A stretch of DNA of 62,008 bases, the filler included. It is 6 parts of 6 records of this genome, joined end to end, with 100 filler letters (N's around TTAATTAATTAA, not from the genome) between each part and the next. Parts side by side here need not be neighbours in the genome. Positions count along the whole stretch, not along the records: positions 22,844 to 39,976 come from SRR2962707_3882; 5 more parts are not named here. One strand, written 5' to 3'. The notes under the pieces were generated by a model. It did no database searches, was not told where the DNA came from, and was given only the letters and a program-made list of their open reading frames with translations. Positions within the stretch are counted from its first letter, which is position 1, and each line of letters begins with the position of its first letter. The translations under genes and the position numbers were made by a program. This document shows, piece after piece, positions 28,801 through 36,400 of the stretch.

Positions 28801-31565
28801 TCAAAGATTTGAACAAAGTTTTTGTAGAAGCATACAACTATGGAGTAAGCGGCCAGGTGAGCCGAATAGCCTTTCAGCCACAAAATCCGGATGAATCCTT
28901 TTACCATCACTTTACCTATGACAGAGACCAGCGAATAGATAAAGTCCTAACCTCTACTACCGGTAATATTGCTGATGCTTATGAGCACATCAATCATGAA
29001 TATTATATCAATGGAGGGCTTAAGAAAATAAAATATTCAGAAGGCTTGCAGGAAACAGACTATACCTATACCACGCAAGGGTGGTTGAAATCCATTAACG
29101 GTATTAATCAGGATCCTGATTTTGATGGCTACAACGGGACGTATCCGGATGTATTCGGTCAGGTCATCGATTATCATACCAATGATTTTGAAACAGATCT
29201 TTCATGGTATGAAGATCCCATGGTTTTGCCAGGTGTTGAAGAACACCACGGAGGATTAATCAGATCTAACACCTACAAACAGCTTTCCAAGGAAAATCTG
29301 CTAGACATTTCTTCATTTACCTATGCGTATGAATATGATGATGAGTACCAACTAACCAATAGTCATTTCAATAACGATGGTTCCTTCGATAAAAATGAGA
29401 ACCTTTTTGGTGAGAAAGGAATGGAGTACGACAAAAATGGAAACATTCGTTCGCTTACCAGATATGACGAAAATGGATCTTTACTGAATGACTTTGATCA
29501 GGCATTTGATTATTCAACCGGAAAAAATCAACTCAATGCCGTAACAGGATATGTTGACGGCATTACCTATGATCAATTAGGACGGGCAACCGGATACGAC
29601 TATACCGATGCTGCAAAGCAGGATCAATATTTTGATTACAATAGCTTCTCTCAGATTACAGGCGTATATGCAGATCAGGCCAAAACGCAGTTATTGTATA
29701 CCTACGATTACGATGAGCGTGGCAACCGGATTCTGAAACGCAACGAACAGACCGGGATAGAAGAGTGGTACATCTATGATGCTGCATCTTCACTAATTGG
29801 TGTGTACTACAGTGATGGGTCTACGGTAGTGCAGGGGGAACTAACCATTGGAGGTAAGTACGGACTTGCTTATCGAGATGTGGATCACTGGCAGTATAAC
29901 TATGCGTTGACTGACAACCTGGGCAATACACGATCAGTGGTGAGTAAGCTCAAGTTCATGGCCACTGCCACGATGGAAAACGGACGCCAGATGTATGAAA
30001 ACCTACGATTTGAAAATCTGGATACCCGCCAACTTGATGCTGCCAATGCCATAGATGGCTCCTATTCCGCACTTTTAAACCCGGCTCTTTCCGGAGGTAA
30101 TGCGATTGGACCGGCGAAATCACTGGAAGTGAAAAAAGGTGACAAGATTGAGATGTCTGTGCTGGTTTCTTACGACCCTGCATCCTCAGACAACACCTTT
30201 TTGACCGGGCTGGCAGGTCTTATTACAGATGCTTTTGGAGGTACATCTCAGATTGGAGAGGGAGCCTCATCTTCCATCTCTGATGCAGTCAGCGGAGATG
30301 GCATGGTAGCCGCACCAGCTGATCCTCGAGAACCAAAAGCATATCTCCAGTATTTGTTGTTCGATGAGAACTTCAATTTCATTGGTGCTGAGTCTGGTAG
30401 CTGTGATTGTTATGAGCTGGTAACGGATAAAGCCGCAGGAGCTGTAGATACCCTCAGCCTGACCAAAGAGATCACAGAAAATGGGTATGTATTCATTTAT
30501 GTTGCTAACGAAAGTAACAATAATGTGAACGTCTGGTTTGACAACCTGACCATCACCCATACAGGGCTCAATATCATCCAGCAGACAGACTATTACAGCT
30601 ATGGACTGGTAGCCCGAAACGAAGAAGACCAGAATTATCGCTTTGGGTTTCAGGGAGTTTATGCGGAAGAAGATGAAGAGACCGGCTTGAATAATTTTCA
30701 ACTTCGAAGCTACGATCCGGTACTTGGACGATGGCTTTCTATGGATCCGTATGGTCAGTTCTGGAGCCCTTATATGGGTATGGGAAATATGCCCAATATG
30801 GGTGTGGATCCGGATGGAGGGTTTAATTGGTTAGCTGGTGGTATAGGATTCGGACTAGGAGGTGTAATTGGATACTTAGCTTCAGATGGTGATTGGGGAG
30901 CAACTCTTGGTGGTGCTCTTGGAGGCGGCTTGTTTGGCGGCTTTGGATTTGATAAACAAATAACAACATTTGGGTACAGTTCAGGTGTTGGGTACCATCC
31001 TACAGGAACTAAAAACGTATTCTTCCTGAAACCAGGAGATATTAGATTTAACAATTTTAATATCGACCAATCATTGATTTTAGATTGGGGTCAAGCCATA
31101 GCCGGATTTAGCAGTAGTGCGAGAGCTCGTCGAATGATAAATCGCGTAAATAGAAATGGAGGTTTGGATATAAATCGTTCGTCTGGGAGAAACGAGTTTC
31201 GCCACGGTGGAGATCGACATGAAGTCCTGTGGAATCCTCAGGATGCGGTTCAATTTGATGACGAAATTACTTCACACCCATCAGCGTTGCTATTATATCA
31301 TGAAATAGCACACAAAGAACAATTAGTTAAGGTTGGTGCTGAAGAATATGAAAGGCTTGAAGGAGTAAGTGATCAGAATTTCAAGAATAAAGTTGAAAGA
31401 TATGCGAGTGAACAGGCAAATTCACTTGCAAAAAGATTGGGATATAATAGTAGAGAGTTTTATAGAGATGGAAAGCCATATTTAAGTTCTGGAGTGTGGT
31501 CTATAAAGAGATATGACCCAGGGAGATTCCTAAGAGGGTGGATTAATAGAATTAGATACAAGTGA
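22845..31565 (+). CDS. Giant LRR/Ig/FN3 - RHS repeat-associated core protein with HExxH C-terminal effector, 5' truncated
   Basis: Frame open to the contig edge; three capped LRR blocks (LxLxxNxLxGxIP), FN3-like domain, YD repeats, core YRFGFQG..RSYDPVLGRWLSMDP..SPY..P..DPDG, tip with HEIAH. Confidence 0.92.
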   Translation, partial: ETAFEISLDSASKTLTGTTNGFNEVLPMGSDNNPKEEPNVWYKFIYSQDVDSIKLAYTPNSGLGRLVLYDQEGIDSWNNVGIDVPVYHRKTSVSGGPVILVVKDLIIDKRYYLTLYKYSGGSDYQLLIDTYAQQIDQNASDSTQFNTLKDLYLTLDGDSWGLNWPISDEFENMGEGEFYDRETYSQWDRLIVENGKVTGLDLSGLGITGSIPSSISGLDSLLVVDFSDNSLTNTPDEVWQLEYVTSIDFSNNQISDVVGDGFGNLSNLISLDLSGNQLSYPPDEIWQLSSIETINLSNNQISDIVGDAFGSLSTLTTLDLSYNQLVYPPDELAYIYNLTDLNLSNNLIEYLPDFGETGVAYNLNLDVRNNQLGFDDFVNLYAEEESFIFNSFLYEGQGEIDIELYHNSELYYSEFFLPDTIKYVDGDYLAFYSLQESEEDYTNWAVDQGSGYNIFEPDPSEEWVINSASEADEGWYRAVVTSDLAPGIELFTLPFYLKYDVQPLIEEDRSQFEALRDLFYALGGENWEVSGWPSLATFQQLDSEGSFLDRNTYQNWEGISVLDGTVRSINLSGRSLSGEIPASIGQLTDITNLNLSGNEIIGSIPPSISNLNKLYRLNLSNNQLSGSLPELSVEQDNVWEINLSNNQLEGSLDSLKNLSSVELLYLNNNQFSHFSGDFFESLPELLILDLQNNSFESLPQIATSTFTQSVEVNLDHNKLSFGPLEQFFDADGHPFDYLRTIGQQPVFNLDSLYEFYIDDIVLIKDSIDGLTNHYRWEKNVSTRLLSEEYGELYQNWQTVIDSSNTLLVPFFSFDDVDDYRLVVTNEIVPYEYISPPILIKGRSVIEFLALKDLYLSTDGDNWTDNSGWPTAEEFNQMVANDSLLNVDQLQGWYGLVFDENRLVEIDLSWNNLTGELPQSIGQFRDVWGLFFLHNNLSGFIPEEIGDLPKLLALDLASNDLIGGVPDNIAGDTLLYHLELNDNGLVINDLSEFFGMKNLRTLNLSKNIILGGIHNQIDSLINLERLYLGQCELTGEIPSSIGNLVNLEYLSLGDNKLIGEIPEEISSLTKLYSLWLSHNNLTGNIPESMSSLTQLRNLFLENNKLTGSIPVSFNNFDELNTLSVANNNLSGTLSATFNIPNLRNLDLSYNSLSGTIPSFSGMSELRTLELVKNAFSAWDTTGFSSFSELSRIELALNQIDQELPSNSHLLSKLLVLDVSNNNFYGKVPASLINHSYLQNIDLKGNNLDGFENSPDESSDPSKTIRIDGNNLSFEDLEPFFNVSGESFYDFFTYSNQDYTYGVDTVYEADPFWMAYLSYHFDYPLPTGDNKFTLQNVQEITKWDGEFYTYYDFVDYGEQYTKTNEAKVPALLGDYNSKARFKITNDRVPGLSLYSREIDVIKNENLDFAPPDGVHPIGYTASSIRVYFRNFSNLEDGYVIYRSTSASGPYRKIGFMEPVPNEGSESNSTYYLDTDLNADEEYYYKVGMFFQGDTIFDSSPTGGPGSPKLYSKSFSNYDNYLNWVRVLSYADEGELSSASKVFLSSTGKEIQSLFLNDSDGEILATKSEYDEFGRLVKESVPYPTFTFRFHNQFRFQNEYSVLETPNDFYRLKNQVDPSIPNTSNPFYEVKYSYDNSFIINALPGDGYEMGSGKETRSKAFPASPNELEGYLTIRNSLLSRSDELMNLSKTVSLDPNDRYSISFLDQSGRTIASCVNGGETKSISQEANYYVNVFLPINTIVQIASSHSIRVYNETDGDQNLINTVVANGSINLAPGFYKFKSNGGESSSFELTYDVDYGSMSYYFYDLSGKLIESLSPNGLDRYLAGDDLSSLDKDEYEHNLIGELKASSSADRGTSEFLYHNSGLIRFSQNEEQRARGDNVFSYTDYDQQGRILELGEHVASGRNFNSAGLLSIVDQYGLNSWNNSGKRDWTRYTYDVADSNFASETGLSYDQTFLEGQVSFSESETTKSWYSYDERGRLLWFVQLFKDLNKVFVEAYNYGVSGQVSRIAFQPQNPDESFYHHFTYDRDQRIDKVLTSTTGNIADAYEHINHEYYINGGLKKIKYSEGLQETDYTYTTQGWLKSINGINQDPDFDGYNGTYPDVFGQVIDYHTNDFETDLSWYEDPMVLPGVEEHHGGLIRSNTYKQLSKENLLDISSFTYAYEYDDEYQLTNSHFNNDGSFDKNENLFGEKGMEYDKNGNIRSLTRYDENGSLLNDFDQAFDYSTGKNQLNAVTGYVDGITYDQLGRATGYDYTDAAKQDQYFDYNSFSQITGVYADQAKTQLLYTYDYDERGNRILKRNEQTGIEEWYIYDAASSLIGVYYSDGSTVVQGELTIGGKYGLAYRDVDHWQYNYALTDNLGNTRSVVSKLKFMATATMENGRQMYENLRFENLDTRQLDAANAIDGSYSALLNPALSGGNAIGPAKSLEVKKGDKIEMSVLVSYDPASSDNTFLTGLAGLITDAFGGTSQIGEGASSSISDAVSGDGMVAAPADPREPKAYLQYLLFDENFNFIGAESGSCDCYELVTDKAAGAVDTLSLTKEITENGYVFIYVANESNNNVNVWFDNLTITHTGLNIIQQTDYYSYGLVARNEEDQNYRFGFQGVYAEEDEETGLNNFQLRSYDPVLGRWLSMDPYGQFWSPYMGMGNMPNMGVDPDGGFNWLAGGIGFGLGGVIGYLASDGDWGATLGGALGGGLFGGFGFDKQITTFGYSSGVGYHPTGTKNVFFLKPGDIRFNNFNIDQSLILDWGQAIAGFSSSARARRMINRVNRNGGLDINRSSGRNEFRHGGDRHEVLWNPQDAVQFDDEITSHPSALLLYHEIAHKEQLVKVGAEEYERLEGVSDQNFKNKVERYASEQANSLAKRLGYNSREFYRDGKPYLSSGVWSIKRYDPGRFLRGWINRIRYK
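23547..23828 (+). repeat. 141-bp (47-aa) intragenic LRR doublet duplication
   Basis: PDEVWQL..SNNQISDVVGDGFG and PDEIWQL..SNNQISDIVGDAFG begin at 23547 and 23688. Confidence 0.85.
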
Positions 31566-32227
31566 AAAATATAAAATTACATCTAATTGGATGCCTATTT
31601 ATGATTGGCCTACCTAATCAGTCAAAAGCGCAAACAGATTCTGTTTTGTTTGCAAGGGCGCTAGAGTGGGATTCAATAACAGAAAGGATAGATAGTGACT
31701 ATTCAAGAATTTATGTCAAAGCTAGAATCAAGTTTAGCGATTCAGATTGGAAAGAAACTATTACAGATTTAGCATTTCTTCAAGAAGCATTAAGAATTGA
31801 AAATCCAAAATTAAGAGGGAAAGAAAACCTTTTGAGGAGTTTCCTTTTGAGCAATTATAACAATGGATTTAAGTTCAAAAAGAAAAGTGCATATAAGAAC
31901 ATTCCTATAAACTTCAGCAATGGTAAAGAATTAAGAGAATTGCATGAAAGTGATGCATTTGATGACTTTGTGAATAATTATGTTGAGTCTGCAAGACTTA
32001 TCAAGCGATTCGAAAGCAATCGACATTTACCAGACTCGCTGGATTATTTTATAGATAATGAAATCCTTCCACATACCGTAGAACTCTTTAGGTGCGATTG
32101 TGATTACTTCCAACTTATTCAACTTCTATGGTCGAAACAAATACTAGTGGTTGAGTCAATGAGTACGATTAGGAAAAGTAAAGTACTTAATGAAAACACT
32201 TTTTTTAAGGAATTTAACTTCAATTGA
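31562..32227 (+). CDS. Exported hypothetical protein, candidate immunity protein
   Basis: GTGA overlap with the RHS stop; signal peptide ending SKA-Q; AT-rich. Confidence 0.7.
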   Translation: MKNIKLHLIGCLFMIGLPNQSKAQTDSVLFARALEWDSITERIDSDYSRIYVKARIKFSDSDWKETITDLAFLQEALRIENPKLRGKENLLRSFLLSNYNNGFKFKKKSAYKNIPINFSNGKELRELHESDAFDDFVNNYVESARLIKRFESNRHLPDSLDYFIDNEILPHTVELFRCDCDYFQLIQLLWSKQILVVESMSTIRKSKVLNENTFFKEFNFN

Positions 32228-33405
32228 TTGCAAGGCTAACGATATCGATTTTTACAATAATAATATTGACTGAGGTTGTAGCTCAAACCTCCATTGAAAC
32301 CAACTTTGAAAATCCGCTATCCCGGATAAATCGAACGGATCAGCGGGTTCAACCAGGTTCATTATATGCTAAGGTGAAAGGTACTTTTAAAAAGCACAAA
32401 GTACATTATACCAAAAACTTTACTGATTCCGTTTCTCGTTCGAAGAGGCAAGCCAGATCTCTGACTCAAACAAAAGAGTTGAGTTCTTTTAGCAAGAAGG
32501 AACGAACGGATCTGATTTTGGAAAATTTAGCCAATACAGATAGAAGGGAAGAACTCGAACAGCTTTTGAATTTAGAGGAATCAATTGGGGATACCTCTTT
32601 TTCAGGTTTTCAATCCAATCTCATGACGGATAGTTTGTTAAAAGAGCAAGTTGCTCAGCGATACCTGAACAATCACTCATTGGATACCACCGGCCTTGAC
32701 TCGTTGTTGAATAGCTGGAAGTCGGATTCACTCAACACCCCTATGGATTACAGTGTGCCTGATTCTGTTCTTTTTGGCTCCATCATTCAAGCCCCTGATT
32801 CTTTACCTCAGGATGGTTCCTTTGATCTCGTTAATCAGTTCAGGGGGCAAAATTTCTCTGAAAAACAACTCAACCATTTCAATGAATATCAAGGTGAAAT
32901 AAAAGAGGCAAGTGAGCAGGTTAGGAAGTTATCGCTCAAAGACCGATTGTCAGAGCACTTCAAATCACTGACTGAAAACGATTTTTCAAACAAAAAGGGA
33001 GAACCATTCAATCGATGGAAGATGTCTTCCTTTATCGAATATGATAAGACTTTAAATGCGATCCTGTTGCGCCCTTCAATGAGTATGAGTGTAAGCGACC
33101 GGTGGAGAATTGGATTGCTTCAGGCTTTTATCGCTCGATTATCGGAACCAAGATCCTTTGATCTTGGACAATCGGGTGTTTTTACTGAATACGACATCTC
33201 AAAATTCTTTCTTCACCTTGAATGGAATACCTCATCCCTGGCACCCAGTTCAGAAGAAGAAAATAAAACGAGTGAAGACTTTTTAATTGGCATAGGCAAA
33301 CCGATCACCATCAAAGGAGTATCCGGAAGTTTGCTTCTATTATACAATACCAACCCTAATGAACCAAAGAAATTTAGTTTCAGATATGAAATCAACCTAT
33401 TCTAA
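32224..33405 (+). CDS. Exported protein: helical N-terminus plus small C-terminal outer-membrane beta-barrel
   Basis: TTGA overlap; signal peptide ending VVA-Q; alternating beta-strands in the last ~130 aa, ending FSFRYEINLF. Confidence 0.7.
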   Translation: MIARLTISIFTIIILTEVVAQTSIETNFENPLSRINRTDQRVQPGSLYAKVKGTFKKHKVHYTKNFTDSVSRSKRQARSLTQTKELSSFSKKERTDLILENLANTDRREELEQLLNLEESIGDTSFSGFQSNLMTDSLLKEQVAQRYLNNHSLDTTGLDSLLNSWKSDSLNTPMDYSVPDSVLFGSIIQAPDSLPQDGSFDLVNQFRGQNFSEKQLNHFNEYQGEIKEASEQVRKLSLKDRLSEHFKSLTENDFSNKKGEPFNRWKMSSFIEYDKTLNAILLRPSMSMSVSDRWRIGLLQAFIARLSEPRSFDLGQSGVFTEYDISKFFLHLEWNTSSLAPSSEEENKTSEDFLIGIGKPITIKGVSGSLLLLYNTNPNEPKKFSFRYEINLF

Positions 33406-36400
33406 AAACCTAATTGCTGCTTTGTTTGTAGTCGTATGTGTGTCACTTCAAGGACAAACGAAAGTTCAAACACCAGCAGCAGCTGTATTTTCGGAGGAGA
33501 GTCTTGAAAATGTTGTAGTCGAGCAGACAGGAGATTTTAATCACTCAATCCCAATACTTGAAATACCTGGGCCTGAAGGTTCATTCCCATTAAATCTTAA
33601 TTATACCAGCGGTATATCTGTAGAGCAACATGCCTCATGGGTTGGGTTGGGATGGACGCTCGCAGACTTTAAAATTACTAGAAGTATCGCGGAACTTCCT
33701 GATGACTATCATGGAGGCGAAGTTTGGAATAGAAGAAGGGATCCTGGAGGTACGGTTAGATTACCAGAACCTGAAAAAGTTGGTTTTTTTGAGAGCCTTG
33801 GAAATGCGATTACTGGTTTTATTCATGAGATTTTGGATAAATCAACTAGAAACACCCCTGCACGAGGCTGGGTTCCTGAATCCAATTACGATTTCACACA
33901 ACTTTATGTACTAAACCTTCAATTGTTTAGTATAGGGCTTGATCTTGCTACAGGAGGTATGGCAGGACCTTTCGCAGGACCAGTGCTGGAAGCCCTGGCA
34001 TACCACAACACAGGTCCTAAACAGAACTATACATCCATTGGTCATTGGCAGTATTTTTATAGCGCTCCTCCAAATGCAATTTCATGGTCTATGGATTTGA
34101 CAACAACACAGAAAGGCTATGGAATGCTATATCAGGATCAGATGCCTACCACGACAGAAACACTTTCATTCCAAGATGGAGAACAGCAGTTGAAATATTT
34201 TCACCAAGTCAGAAATAACATTAATGACAGTCAAGATATCCTCAATGTTGTAAGTGATTACTATCAAGCAGGAAATTCGTATTTGCCTGAACAATTATCT
34301 CCAGTTTTTTTAGCAACTGACAACTATCAGGTAAGTTCACCAGGAATTTCTGGAAGAATTTTACCATGTAGATACGACAATGTATCTCTTGCTCTATCTG
34401 TACCTCATAACATCTTCTATCACGATGATATCGCAGTAAAAAAGATTCAATTAGTAGAACCAAAGAATAAAAAGATTCAATTTGCTTTTGTTAATGATCC
34501 ATCCAATCATTATGACTATAATGTATCTAATTACGATGAAAATTATGGTTTAAGATTTGAGCCCAAAAAATTTTATGAAGATAATACCCGAAGTAATGAT
34601 GTAAAGCGACCTTTTATTCAAACTCAGCCACTAGCATTGACTGATATTGAACCAGATAGAGAAGGTTTTATTGACGGTCATTTAATAAGAGGTAATGATG
34701 TTATGTGGTGGTCTAATGAGGAAATTGTGGATGGTATTGCTTCATCTTATGGATTTATGGATTGTCTGAGTGCCTCGGAAAGAAGCATTAACGGAAATTC
34801 ATACACTGCTTCTTTGAATCCTGTGCCAAAAAATGGTATTGGCGGTTTTATGATTACAGATAAAGATGGTTACACTTATCATTATGCTATTCCAGTTCAT
34901 GTTATTGAAACTCAAAGTATGGCATATAAAGGATTTTTAAGTAACCATCATTCATTTAAGGATCCATATGCTGTTGAATGGCTTTTGACTGGCATTACTG
35001 GTCCAGATTTTGTTGATTCAGGTATATTTCCAGGACAAATAGATGAAGATGATGAGGGTTATTTTGTGTTCTTTGAATATGGGAAATACACTGATAATCT
35101 TGATATAAGTAGTACAACTAAATATTCCCCTTCTAATGATGAGCTTTTGCTGAAGAATAAAATGACGGTACAGCGATATTATTTAAATAAAATTTCAACA
35201 AGAACCCATTCCGCACTTTTCATTAAATCACAAAGGCAAGACATCAGGTCTAGTAACGACATGCCAACTTTAAAACTTGATAAAATAGTATTGGTGGATA
35301 ATAAAAATCTTGCTGCACTAAATTTGAACTATGGTAATTCAAATACATATGATGGAAATGTTTTGGAAGTTGAGGATTTGGTTGGTAAGGAAGATGATTT
35401 AAGAAACATTGCCTTACAATCAGTAGAATTCAATCAAAACTATCAATTATGCAAATTTATTGCTGGATTTCTAACAAATGGGAATGGGGGTACAGGAAAA
35501 TTAACCTTGAATTCTTTTAAACACCTAGGCAAGAATGAAGATGAATCTTTACCTTCATACGAGTTTTCGTATGACTTCAATCCAAGCTATAAGAGTTTTA
35601 ATTGGGACTCATGGGGATTTTATAAGGATAATACGGAGATAGGAAAGGATTCACATAAGCGGGAATCTAATGTTCAAGCAACCGCATGGTCATTAACAGG
35701 TATAACAAACCCCTCAGGAGCTACTATAAACATTACCTATGAGAGTGATGATTACGCTAAAGTTTTGGGCCATCCATTAAATGAAGCCAAACTTGGTGGA
35801 AATGTTAGAGTTTCTGAAATTTCCATTATTGATCCTGAACTTAATACTACTCTGCAATATGAATATTTTTATACTGAAGATGGAACAAAGTCAGGAACTT
35901 CCTCTGGTGTTGCGACGAGTGAGCCAGCTTTTGAATTTGGTGAAGATCTAATTACTGATGGCCTTTTTGGATTCAGTGGAATGGCAGTCACATATGGGAA
36001 AGTAAATAGAGTCATTTCATCACCAGATAAAGTGCTGGGCAGAAAAGAGTCACAATTTTTCACTGCTCATGTTGATATGATTGATATTGATACACTTAAA
36101 AATTCATCTGACGTTATCCAGAGCTCATACTCCTTAAACAATTATAAGTATAGTTACACTTTGAAGCAGAGAGCATATCACGTTAAGTATATGGATCATC
36201 TAATTGGTATGCCAAAAAGTATATCAAAATTTGACGTAAATGATAATTTATTGGAAGAATCAACTTACGAATACGAGGAGGCAAATGGTAAAATTAGCCA
36301 AGGGGCTCATTTTTTTGATGAAATATATGGTAGCTATTCTGCATTCAGAACTGCTTCAAATAGCTGGAAACGGGATGTTAAAGCAAGATATGTAAACACC

